Assembly: GCF_011745625.1 (NCBI RefSeq)
Contig: NW_027191473.1
Location: forward strand, 186,001-250,000
Reading direction: 5' to 3'
DNA length: 64,000 nt
From: Cladosporium halotolerans
Lineage: Eukaryota
In this document: positions 36,581 to 47,829 of the stretch, in pieces
Layout: each line of letters starts with the position of its first letter
How positions within the stretch are numbered: the stretch's first letter is position 1
Notes under the pieces: model-generated
The model's database searches: none
Told to the model about the DNA's origin: nothing
The model's input: only the letters and a program-made list of their open reading frames with translations
Made by a program: the position numbers and the translations under genes

Positions 36581-38651
36581 CTAGTCACTCAGCGACTTCT
36601 TTTCAACCTGCTCCTGGTCCTCATCGACACCCTTGTCCTTCTCCGTAAGGCCATGGGCCATCGGCTCATCTTCCTCGCCCAGCAGAGCCAGAAGACCGAT
36701 CTCCCTCTCAATGCTGTGCTTGAGCTCCTCGTCTCTGCGCGCGAACGTCGCTTCTCCACTGCCGAACAACTCGTCCATCTCTTCAAGCGACTTGCCTTTC
36801 GTCTCCGGCACCAGGAAGAAGACCCACAACGCCGCGATAGTTGTAACGGCGCCAAAGAAGATGAAGGCGCCGAAGTCAGACGTGCCAAGGAAGGGAGAGG
36901 TGGAGAGACCGACGGCTGTGAGTATGTGTCAGAAGTGAAGCTTGCAGAATTGGAGGTGAGGGTTGAAACTTACCGAAGTTGTTCAGCCAGTTGAAGCTAC
37001 CACCCTGAAGCAGAACGTCAGCACTGAACGAGTCTCGTTCCCGGCAGAGTGAGGAGCCTTACCAAACTGACACCCTTCGCGCGCATGCTCAAGGGATATA
37101 CTTCACTGCAGATGATCCAGGAAACGGGACCCCAGGAGAAAGCGAAGAAGCAGATGAAGATCCAGACGAAGACGACCGCCGCCCAACCTCCCGCGACATG
37201 GTCCTGCCAGCTGTCGCCGAACGCGCCGATAATACCAGCTACAATGAAGTGACACGATGCCATGCCGGCTGCTCCCACAATGAGGATCGACTTTCTGCCG
37301 AAATGATCCACGTACAGCACTGCCGGGATTGTGAAGACAAACTCCAAGATACCCACCACGCCGGTAGCCAGCAACGCCGTGGTGTCGCCAGAAAGCTGAA
37401 AACCTTCGAAGACGAGCGGCGCGTAGTAGTTGATTGCATTTATCCCGTTCCCTATGATGTCATTACGTGATCATATGGTGGATGATAGTAGCACAAGCAG
37501 GGTACTTACATTGCTGGAAGGTCATGGTCAGACACGCGACAATCGTCCGCTTGAGGAGCGAGCGGTTCGTCACCAACGACTTGTACTCGTTGAGACCCAT
37601 CATGAAGTTGGACTTGAACGTTCCGTCCTGGTACTGGGGATACTTGGCAGCGACGGTCCTGCTTTCAAACTCCTTGAGGGCCTTGATCTCCAGAAACTCG
37701 ATGCGAAGACCAACGTCATCCTTAGGCTTGCTACGCAGCCTTGAGAGGGTGTCAAGGCACTCTTCTTCTCGGCCAACGTTCATCAGATGGCGTGGTGACT
37801 GGGGCATGAAGAGCATCATGCCCGCCGCGAGCACGATGGCCGGGATGATCTGGATGCACATGGGGATCAGGAAGGCGGCATTGCTTTGTCCTTCGCCGGT
37901 ACCCCCGATGAAGTTCGTCTGGGGGTGTGATTAGCCTCAAAAGTCACGGCGTGATGACCGACTGTGTACTTACTCCGTAACCGATCCAGAAAGAGATCAT
38001 GATGCCGAAGGTGATGGCCAGCTGCTGGACGGCGACCAGCGCACCACGCACCTCCGGAGGCGCAAGCTCGGCGTTGTACAGTGGTACAATCATACTGAGA
38101 CTGCCTACACCGAGACCAGTAACGAAGCGACCAGCGTATACATAGTCGGCGTTAACGGTACAAGCCTGGACGATGACGCCCACGAGGAAGACCGCAGAGG
38201 CGATGACTGCGCAGATACGGCGGCCGACTGCATCGGCGAGGTAGCCGTTGATGAGTGTACCCACCCACGCGCCGAGCTCCAGAATGGCTGTGAGCATGCC
38301 TTGCTGTACACCTTGCTTTTCCGCATAGCCATTTGTCTGTCGACGACTCAGTCTCCGAGATAACACTGATGATGTACTCAACAGGGGGGACGAACCGCAT
38401 CGATGAAAGATCGCATCGTCAAAATCTGGGCGAACATGCCCTGGTTGTCTTTGACCGAATTGTTAGTATGCCGACGAGATACCTAGCCATCGACACGGAA
38501 TGGACTCACAGCCATAGACCAGCCCTCCCAAAGAAGCGAACAACGCAATTGCGGATGTCTTCTTGTTCGCGATGATGCCTTTCAAGCCAGTAGGGCCAGC
38601 AAACTGCTGCCTCTTGGCCGAGAGGCCGACACCAGTGCCAGCAGGTGCCAT
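36581..38651 (-). CDS. MFS sugar porter family monosaccharide transporter, multi-exon
   Basis: LGGLVYGYNQG, ADAVGRR, GRFVTGLGVG, YNAELAPPEVRG, QQLAITFGI, PQSPR, QQWNGINAINYYAP, FAFSWGP, PETKGKSLEEMD. About 6 introns, including a ~31-nt exon near 36974-37004. Confidence 0.93.
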
Positions 38652-38808
38652 GGCTTCAACTGTAGAAGGATAATAGAATAATGGAAATGTTACTGGACTA
38701 TTGAGAGAGGAAATTCAATCAAAAGCCCATCGCTTAAGCAGAGTATATGACTAGAGAGCGAAGCCAGCCAAGTCGTCTACTTAGTACCGGACATCCCAGA
38801 TCTAATCA

Positions 38809-39056
38809 TCAGCCGAGAACCCATCATCGGCGTGTGACAGAAATGGAACTCCCCTAGACATTCAGGCTAAAGAAACAACCCACATCAAAGCGTGGACGGT
38901 GGATACATGATGGAGACTGGAGGCCCGCGTGGAGTTGAGTGACCCAGTCTGGAGCCCCCGGATTGGCGAGACTCAACGCGTTGGTTTCCATAAGTGCGAC
39001 ATAAATTCTCTAGGGTAAAAGGAATGTCGATGCCGAAGAAGTGGATCTGAGGCTGA
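38809..39056. promoter_or_regulatory. Putative XlnR-type (GGCTRR) and CreA-type (SYGGRG) sites upstream of the sugar transporter
   Basis: GGCTAAA 38865-38871, GGCTGA 39051-39056, TCAGCC 38809-38814; CTGGAG/GTGGAG near 38917-38955. Short motifs, so chance is not excluded. Confidence 0.35.
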
Positions 39057-39769
39057 TAAGCGAGGGCCAAGGCGCATGCTAAGCAATGCCACGGAAACCT
39101 TGGGGTGACGTTGTGCCTGTCTGTGAAGTGTTGTGCTTGCTGGACTGCGATGGCAGTGGATGGGTTAGAGAGACAGCGTCGCCGTACCAAGCTAACCATC
39201 TATATTTTGCACGGTCAACTTGGCTATTTCTTTCCTTTGCTTGAACCCATGTCCCACTTGGTAAACTGATGTCAGATGCGTGCTCGTTGGGCACGTGTGT
39301 GCCGTTAACTCCCTCCGCCCTCCGCGCCGCACAGTTCCGAATGATCCGCAAAACAGTGGGTCTAACACGGGGCAGGCGAAGGCAGGACACGACCGGATCG
39401 TACAGAACTAACGAGTCGTGCCAGAATGTGTTTTCCAACATGCTAATAGGCAAATTCCCGGATGGCAAAAGGTGGAAACCGGCAAGGGAAGGAGAACGCG
39501 CGCTAAGCGTCACAATTCTTCACGGACTTCCTATTCAAAGGTCTACCATCTTCTACTTCTATTACAATGCTCTGTATCAGCAGTGCCTCAAGTCCGTTCA
39601 CACGACATCGTAACGCGAAGCATATGGAGAAAGCGACCCAATGTAGTTGGAAAACATCTCATATGCTGCTGCCATCCTGCTACCTCGGAGGACTACAAGA
39701 GTGGCTTCATTCTCCAGAGAGAGTCAAAAACTGAATAGATTAATGAAACACAGATCAGTATTGCATATC

Positions 39770-39888
39770 ACATACGACCATAGGTCAGTGAAAATTGGGC
39801 ATCCCGTCCGCTCTGCCAGACACAAGCACTGAACCGGGCGACTAGTACTAGAGTGGGTGACCATCTGGGAATCCCGCCTGTTGTATGT
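39770..39888 (+). rRNA. 5S rRNA (dispersed single copy)
   Basis: 119 nt ACATACGACCATAGG...CATCCCGTCCGCTCTGCC...CTAGTACT..GTGGGTGACCATCTGGGAATCCCGCCTGTTGTATGT. The 5' and 3' ends are complementary and an oligo-T follows. Confidence 0.97.
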
Positions 39889-39897
39889 TTTTTTTTT
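39888..39897 (+). terminator. RNA polymerase III oligo-T terminator of the 5S gene
   Basis: T10 run directly at the 5S 3' end. Confidence 0.85.
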
Positions 39898-40533
39898 CTT
39901 TTGCGCATCTTTGGTGTGTTTGTGTCTGCTACTATCATGTCCGGTTTCACAAGACTTATTTATATAAACTCCCCCATCCTTGGAGGTACCATCCACGGCC
40001 TCCGTACCCTGATGTGAGATGCGGCCACCGAGATGCTCCGCAGATCGTCCCACATCCATCAAGACACGTGGAGCTGCTGTCAGCGGCACTAGAATTTCCA
40101 GAATGGCATGCTACCACAGATATACTTTGTATGGCGTTTCAGTTGTAAAATCCCACGTGGGGCTGCTAACAGCAGGCTCGGTATATCCGAGCAAGGTGCT
40201 GCCCTTGAGAGGCTTCAAAGACACACATCGTTCGACACGCAAAGTTGCACATGACGCTGTTGCCAGTAGTCTTGTAGATACCGTAGCACAGTGGCTCCAT
40301 CGAGATACTTCGCAAGAAGTCTCAGGAGTACAAACGTATTTGAAGCTGCTACCAGCGGCTTCAGCAAACCAACTTTAGCTATCACCACCGAGGAGCTTCA
40401 CAAAACATTTCACATGTAGAATAGCACGCGGAACAACTACCATCGAAACTATGTTCACCAGAACGCCATAATGCCATTGAGAAACACTATCTACAGCCTA
40501 CAACCCTACCAAAACCCCCCTCCCCTTCCCCCC

Positions 40534-41721
40534 TCACCACTCATCGCTCCGCCTCGGCCGCGGAGGCGGCGGTCTCCTCGGCGCCGGCGAGGGCGCCGGA
40601 CCGCGCAGCCTCGCGGCCAGCGAACTATACTCCGCCGCAACTCCCCGGCGGAAGCCGCGCTCGCGCGGCGGCGTCGCGAGGCGCTGGGTGGAGGGCGGCG
40701 GCGGCGGGCCCGCGGGGCTGCGCAGGCTGACGCGGCGCACGGGCAGCGGCGGCGAGAGGTGCGAGGGGTCGAAGAGATCGACCTGGGACTCGGAGGCGCG
40801 GCGCTGGCGCGCGAGGTCGGCCTCGACGCGGTGCGCAGCGGGCGAGCGGTCAGGGCTGAAGCGGCCGCGGAGGGCCGTGGGCGGCCGGTTGTACTGGACT
40901 GCGGCGGCGGGCGAGAACTGCGCGAGCAGGGGGTCGGACTCGGACTCGACGCGGATGCGCTCGATGCGGATTTGGGGGAGGGCGTGGAGGGAGACGCCCT
41001 GGATCACGTCGGGGGGGCGGGCGAGGGTGGCGTTGGCCTCGGCGGGGACGAGGAGGTAGCGGGCATGGCCGTAGTGGACGTCCAGGCGGTCGAAGGGGCC
41101 GTGTTGGGGCTGCAATTTTTCGCGCCAGAGGCGCTTGCCGCGGGCCATGCCGTTGCCGGCGACTTCGTGCACGCTCTCGAGGGCCCAGGGGAAGGTTGTC
41201 GGGCGGCCCTGGGCGTTGACGGTGATGGCGGCGGAGGGTGAGTGCGTGGCCACGGCCCAGACGTGGTTGGCGAGGTCCTTGCGGGACTCGAAGAGGTATC
41301 TGTAGCCTGGGGTTGCGGCCAGGCCGGTGCCGCCGCTAGAAAGGAGCGCGAGGGCGTTCTGCGGATCTTCGGGCCCCTCGCGGAGGATGGCGCCGAACAT
41401 GGTGATCTTCTTCACTTCACCGAAGAAGCGGAACTTGGAGGCGTCATCGCCAAAGCGCGTCCAGGTGCTCCATTGGCAGCCTGTTGCGAGGTCTTCACTT
41501 CGCGGAGGGTCTCCTGCGTCAGCGGGTTGGTGTTGCAGCGAGAGAGGAACTGCAGGCGGTGGTTGGCCTGCGTGATGGTGGTGTAGCAGCGACTGCAGAG
41601 ATTGTTAGTCCCAACGATCTTGTTTGTTCTCTATGCCGTAGTGGACTTACTCGATACTGTACATGTATTTATCGATGTCGCTGCGGCGTTCGTATACTAA
41701 CGTCACGAACAAGGTGACCAT
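40534..41721 (-). pseudogene. Unknown protein gene with apparent 1-nt frameshift (pseudogene, assembly error or alternative splicing)
   Basis: Exon 1 41721-41651; canonical intron 41650-41593. GC3-biased coding switches frame at ~41498 and the downstream frame is open to the stop at 40534. Confidence 0.55.
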
Positions 41722-42102
41722 AGGCTTGTTAGCTGGAACATAAATATTCATTGTTGCGGTGGGCGTAGGTAGCAGCCAAGTGGTCTTTGTGGTTTTGTGA
41801 GAAGAGTCTTGCGATCGACCAATGGTAGGTATTCTTCGCTGGACGTGGTCTTCACTGCTGTGGAGGAGAGGGTTGACAGGAGCACAATTGTGGCAGGATT
41901 GCGCGTGAGTGTTGTTGCTGTTCAAGCGAGAGCAGCGGGCTGAAGGGGACGTGAAAAATCAGTCGTTGCCAGGCGGGGTCAGGCGACAACACAACATGTG
42001 ATGCGGCATCCCAGGAGTTGAGGAAGGAGCGGAAAAGTGTGACCCGAGCAGAGCAGAGCTATCATGTACAGTTATCGAACTTCTTTAATCTTACACAAAG
42101 GC

Positions 42103-43500
42103 CTAAGTCACCATAGTCTCAACACTGCCGACGGGTCTTGACGCGAACGAGACACAGCCGTCGACAACACCCTGCCTAGCAGCCTCGGAGCTCACCTTCC
42201 CGCCAGCGAGGTAGTTCATCCAGATCAAGCGCCCGATCCTCTCGTCGTCCACCGTGCCGAGGTGCTGAATCTCCTTTGTCTTCTCCTCAGGTTTCGCCTC
42301 GAAGTAGATGTCCAGCGCGCCCTGCTGGTCGCGGGTGAGGATCATGACGGAGCCCTTCGGCGCCTTGCCTCCTGAGAAGGTAGTCATGAACTTGCGCATG
42401 GACTGGCCAAACTCCTCAGCATCGTACTGCGTCTCCGCGGACGGGTCGATCTTCCTGGCCTCGTTCCTCGCCTCCGCGGTGCGCTTGTCAATTCCAGTCT
42501 TCCATCCGTCGCGCAGGTGGGCGAAATCTGTGTTGCGCGTAGGGGAGATCCTCCACGCGCTCTTCATTCCAGGGACATTGAGCAGCTCGCTCCAAAGCTC
42601 CTTGCTAGCAACCGGGTCGAGCATCTTCTTCTTGAGCGCCTCCTTCTCAGCAGGGACCAACGTGGACGCTTCGGGGTTGACGAGGTGGATGAGCTTCGCC
42701 TGCAGGCCGCTGATGTCCTGCGTCCGAACGTACATACCCACAACGTAGACCTGGATGCTTAAGAACGACACGGTCCTGATGCCCAGGCCAACGAGCGTGT
42801 ACTCCTCCTGCCCGCTCACGTTGCCAGGGTTGACGGGCGAGTTCGCCTGCGCGGCGGTCACCAAGCCAGGAACAGGCGTGGCAGCATTGGGGTCATCCTT
42901 CGACGAAGCAGGCAGGTAGATCGTGCGCGGGAAATGCGGCACGCTGCTCGTGCCCGTCTGGACCAACTCGATCTCCTCCCCCTTGCCCTGCGCCATGATC
43001 CTCTTGCCCTCGCCCGCACCAATAACGACGACCTCCTTGCCCTGGAACCGCTCGTTCGCCTCATTCGAAGCGTCCATCTGCAGCTTCCACCCGCTCTTCG
43101 CCTTCTCCCTCTCCGCTTTCACGGAGTCCATGTCGTCCAGGTCCAGATTCCACACCACCGCGCCGAGGCCGACCAAGCTCAGCAGCAAGCCCATGCCGGC
43201 GAAGCGCATGCGGCGCAGGTGGTACTGGCGCTTTTCCTCGAAGGCCTCCTGCACGGCGCGCGCGTCGAGCGGGTTACGCGCCGGGGCAGTGGGATGTCTG
43301 GGCTCGGCATCTTCGCCGGACGGGTTGACGAAGTACGAGTCTTGCGTGGGCGCTGCGGTGTAGGAGCGCTTTGAGGGGGCGCTGTACCGGGACGCATGGC
43401 GGACCTGTGAGGGGCGGAGTTTGGAGGCTGCGGGAGCGCGCTGAAGTTGCGCGAGGCGGGTGGAAAGGAGCCGCATGGCTGGGCGGGATGTTGCTGACAT
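42103..43500 (-). CDS. AIM18: Mitochondrial chalcone-isomerase-fold protein (Aim18/Aim46 family)
   Basis: Arg-rich presequence, one TM segment, VPHFPRTI, YTLVGLGIRTVSFLSIQVYVVGMY, RISPTRNTDFAHLRDG, YLAGGKVSSEAAR. Confidence 0.85.
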   Translation of the reverse strand: MSATSRPAMRLLSTRLAQLQRAPAASKLRPSQVRHASRYSAPSKRSYTAAPTQDSYFVNPSGEDAEPRHPTAPARNPLDARAVQEAFEEKRQYHLRRMRFAGMGLLLSLVGLGAVVWNLDLDDMDSVKAEREKAKSGWKLQMDASNEANERFQGKEVVVIGAGEGKRIMAQGKGEEIELVQTGTSSVPHFPRTIYLPASSKDDPNAATPVPGLVTAAQANSPVNPGNVSGQEEYTLVGLGIRTVSFLSIQVYVVGMYVRTQDISGLQAKLIHLVNPEASTLVPAEKEALKKKMLDPVASKELWSELLNVPGMKSAWRISPTRNTDFAHLRDGWKTGIDKRTAEARNEARKIDPSAETQYDAEEFGQSMRKFMTTFSGGKAPKGSVMILTRDQQGALDIYFEAKPEEKTKEIQHLGTVDDERIGRLIWMNYLAGGKVSSEAARQGVVDGCVSFASRPVGSVETMVT

Positions 43501-44280
43501 GTTTGGAGGTTATGTGTACAAGACAGGAGAGCGATTGGGAAGAATCGTCCGTATTCGATGATCTCCAGTTCGAATGAAGTCAGCGGAGGAAGCACGGGCC
43601 TCCGAGACGACCTCACTCCGTTCTCGTCGGGCTCGCCGGGTAGCAGATTTTATGCTAAAGGGCTGTCAAGCCATCAATGGAAGCTGCATGATTTAGAAAA
43701 TAAAATCATTGAAGACCTACCTGCTCTGATGAGCCAGACGGAGCGACATCCTGCACTTTATCCTGGCCGCAAGCTCACATTTTGCCATAGATGATTTCAG
43801 CTTCTCCATTTGTTCTCTTGCATCCATGAGCGGGTCCGATGCTCGCAGACTAAGTACATATGCGCCACATGGCCGTTCAAACATTTCCAACATCATGAAA
43901 GGGAACTGTAGCAAGGAGCGCCGACTGCAACGGTGATCTCGCGGTGATTGGAACATTAACTGGTAACAAAACAATGAGATTGCAGTATTGAAGGAAGGTA
44001 GTCAGAAGACAGCATCTATACTCCATGAAACAGTGCAACCAATTGTAATACAGGGGATGAGTAAGGCCAGGCCCAAGGTAAAGGTACACATCGCTTGGAA
44101 CAGAGGCTCGCGCACTGCGAACCTCCCAATGAAAACCACCTCCAAAAGCCGTAGCCACTCGCGACCACTTCCACTCATCTGCTCCTTTTCTTATGTGTCT
44201 GCATTCTTCACAGGCCTGCAGACCTCCATTCCGCGACTCCCGCCACGTATGAGTTGTCAACGCGCTAGGTGGAGATGCGC

Positions 44281-45498
44281 TTACTTGAAGGCCTTGCCGA
44301 ACATGAGGAGCTGGACCTGGTCGTAGATGGACAGGACACCAGCACCGGCAACACCACGGAGGATGTTGGCACCAGCACCCTTGAAGAGGGACTTGACACC
44401 CTCCTTGGCGACGATCTGGCGACCAGCGTCGATGGAAGACTTGTACTTGACGGCCTTGATTTAGAATGTTAGCGAAAGTCGCACGAAAGATGATTTGAGT
44501 CTCAATTTTACTTACCTCACCAGAGGTCATCATCATGCGGCGACGGATGGTGTCAAGGGGGTAGGAGGCGATACCGGCACCAGTGGTGACAGACCAACCG
44601 AGGAGGAAAGAGGCGAGGAAGTTGCCCTCAAGAGGACCAACGAGGAGGACGGGCTTGATGGAGTCGTACATGCCGAAGTAGAGACCGCGGTAGACAATGA
44701 TACCGGTGACGGAGGGCATGAAACCACGGTAGAGACCGGCAATACCGTCAGAGGCCATGGTCTTGCGGTAGACGTCAACGAGACCGTTGAACTGACGGTC
44801 ACCGCCAGACTTGGCGTTCTTGGCGTCGTTGGCAAGACGAGTACGGGCGTAGTCGAGGGAGTAGACGAAGAGGAGGGAGGTGGCACCGGCAGCACCGCCA
44901 GAGGCAAGGTTGCCGGCCATCCACCACCAGTAGCCGTCACGCTCCTTCTTGAAGGCGAACATGGACTTGTAGGTGTCGCGGAAAGCGAAGTTCAGGGCCT
45001 GGGTGGGGAAGTAACGGACAACGTTGGCGGTGTTGCCGCGCCACAGGGAGGCGGTGCCCTCAGAGGCGACGACACGCTTGAAGCAGTCGCCAATGCCGGT
45101 GTAGGGGCGGTCGAGACGACCGGCGCGGAGCATCTCATCCTGGTTCTGGATGAGGAGCTTGACACGCTCGATGGGGGCAGCGGCGGTCTTGGAGACGGCA
45201 GCGGAAACACCACCCACTGTTTGCGAAAGTCAGTGTCGGCTCACAGATGTATTTCCAGCTCTTATCAGGTCGAGCGCGACGGCGCCATCACGGGCGGGAT
45301 CAAGTGATGGCGAGGCCGCGTCCGCCATCGGGGGAACGTACTCAGGAAGTCAACGACGAAACCAGGCATGCCCATGAAGGACTTCTTGCTCTGGCTGTGG
45401 AGCTGTCAGCGATGTGCCCGTATCTCCTGAAGGCGCCATGGCGGCGGGCGCGGGACTTACTCGACGTCCTTGGACGCGGATCCAACGGAGGCAGACAT
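44281..45498 (-). CDS. AAC: Mitochondrial ADP/ATP carrier, 4 exons
   Basis: [37 protein letters not shown] and the RRRMMM signature, ending LMFGKAFK*. Introns 45460-45395, ~45341-45217, ~44515-44456. Confidence 0.98.
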
Positions 45499-47103
45499 CT
45501 CGTCGGTTGTGTGAGGGGGTATAAGGTGGAGTGGAGAGGTTGATGGGATGGAGAGTGATGGATGGAAGCTGGTGCAGGTCGGAGAGGAAAAGCACTTTAT
45601 GAAAGGGTTAGGAAGATTTTCGCGCGACGGCTGGCATCGCCGCCTCCTGTTGGGGCAGCCGGGTCCGTGCGCGCCAGCTAGGCCCAAGAATCCGAGATAC
45701 TCCGGGCGGCCAGCCCGCGCGACTTGCTGTTTAGGGCGGGTGCCAGACTCTTCACCACGCCAATCGTTCAATAATGGACGGAGGGCTATGCTATTAATTG
45801 ATGTATGCCTACTACATAAGGGCTCAGTGGCGGCCGTCCGTCGCCTGTATTGCTCACACAACTTCATCGACCAGCCTTATGGCCCTCCCGCTGCAGCAGG
45901 TCGGGATTGCGGTGGCGAATTGCTAGCCCATCCTCGGCAACGGCGCCGCTGTAGCAACAGTAGTAGCAGTGTAGCGGCTGCACAGGGCTCGACTCGTCTC
46001 AAGCATGTGATAGGCCCGTGACCGCTGTCATCTCCAATGCTCTCTCTCCTAGCCGTGTCCTACCTCTACCCAGCCATCAGGTAGGCATTGGCAGCTAACT
46101 TGTACGCAACAGAGAGTACACACAACATCCGGCAAGCCTCCATCGGGAACTCGCGGGTAAAGGCGAGCCCTGCCAAGTCACGGATCAATGGCAATGTCGA
46201 AAGCGTGATAGGTCGCCTCTAGCCGCAGCTGCAGTGCGCTTTGGCCGTCTGCTTCACTTGAGGCGCGCGTTCAGTGATCAAAAGCCGTCTCGACCAGCCC
46301 TCCGCCGTCGCGTTTGCCATGCCAACGGAGGGTTGATGAACAGCAAGGCCGTGCAAGATAGTTCCCACGGTTGTCGTAAACCGGTCTACCGCCCATCTAC
46401 CGGAGACACTCAGGTTGTCTTGTTTCGGCCTAGTCGAGAGGTTCAGACCCTGTTCTCGAAGCCATTGGCCCCAACGGCGCGATTTTCAGCCGCAGCATGA
46501 AATAAGGTAGTCACTCCACGCTGCAGCATAACCGCGGTGCCGCGCTATAAGGACAGTCAGCAGTGTCGCGTGAGCGATAAGTTCTCTGCTAAAGCCATCT
46601 GGTACTGTTTGCGTGCGGGGACAGGGGTGCTCTGACGGGGTCTCCATCTTGGGCTATAAATAAGGCGATGGCTGCCCACAGGCTTCTTCTGAGCCCATGG
46701 CCGAAACTGACAGCCAAGAGATGTTTTCGTTGACCAGCGTCCCAAGAAGTCAGCACTTGTGAGAAAACTGTCTAGAGGAGGACACTTGCCCACAACCCAA
46801 GCAGCAGTCGGCCAAATGCCACCAGCCAGGGGCCAGGCAGCCTTTCTGCAAGGGGACCTCAAGGTATGGATCGGCAGCGCGTCGTCACTGCCTGATCAAG
46901 CTGTCGACTGAAGAGAGCTCTGATGCTCCAACAAACACAACACTCTCCTTTCGTCCCACATACACACCTCATACAATTGATACCATCGCTCTAACTCTTG
47001 ACTCACTCTTCAATCTAAATACAGGCGCGCGACACCTCCGCGCCAGCTTTGCGACGTGAATACCGGCTTCCTAGGCCGTAAACAGGCAACAAGACCTCCC
47101 ACC

Positions 47104-47829
47104 ATGCCGCCCATCCCAGTCCACATCGACGAGCCCATCACTCCCAGCAAGACCCAAAAACCCTCCCAAGACAACGCCGCCACACCCTCCTCCGCCTCCG
47201 CAGGCATAACAACCGCCGCCGCCGCTCCCCCACCCGCCTACCCAGCAGCGCAACCCGCCGCCCCCGCCATCCCAGGCCCAACACCCTTCGCCGCAGCACC
47301 GCGCCCACCCCCGACCCAGACAACCCAACCCGCGCAAAACGCCTCTCCACCGCCTCCCCAGCCCGGCGCCGTCCCCGCCCCTCCCACAACAACAAGCACC
47401 CTCCCTCCGCCGCCCAAGCAAGGCACGCCCTTCACGGCCGCCCTCAACAACCTGCACGCGCCGCCCGCTCCCGCACCAGCCCCCTCCTCACAAGGCCAAA
47501 ACGCAACAACCCTCTCCATGGGCCCCGCCCCGCCCCCGCCCACAACCACCACCTCCCACCCCACCGGCTACCAGCAGAACCTTTTCGCGCAGGAGCTCAG
47601 CCCCGCGCAGCGCGCGAGCCTGGACCAGCAGGAGGAGACGGAGCGGCGGGGGAGCTTTTTCGCGGGCTTGCCGGGCGGGAATGTCGGGGCGGGAGCCGGG
47701 GGGAGCGCGAGTGAGGGAGGGGACGCGGCGGGGAGTGTGTGGAATACGGTGAAGGGGTGGGCGAGCGCGGCGGGGAGCAAGGCGGCGGAGGTGGAGGCGG
47801 ATGTTTGGAGGAGGTATGGGGGGAAGTAA
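47104..47829 (+). CDS. Pro/Thr-rich hypothetical protein, 241 aa
   Basis: ACCATG start; MPPIPVHIDEPI, HPTGYQQN and C-terminal VWNTVKGWASAAGSKAAEVEADVWRR. TATAAATA at 46655 and a possible 5'UTR intron 46864-47024. Confidence 0.75.
   Translation: MPPIPVHIDEPITPSKTQKPSQDNAATPSSASAGITTAAAAPPPAYPAAQPAAPAIPGPTPFAAAPRPPPTQTTQPAQNASPPPPQPGAVPAPPTTTSTLPPPPKQGTPFTAALNNLHAPPAPAPAPSSQGQNATTLSMGPAPPPPTTTTSHPTGYQQNLFAQELSPAQRASLDQQEETERRGSFFAGLPGGNVGAGAGGSASEGGDAAGSVWNTVKGWASAAGSKAAEVEADVWRRYGGK

Noticed and set aside
43877..45217. 446-aa carrier ORF with a novel C-terminal extension
   Set aside because: Read-through of the last intron into another frame and the 3'UTR. The spliced protein ends at TAA 44281.
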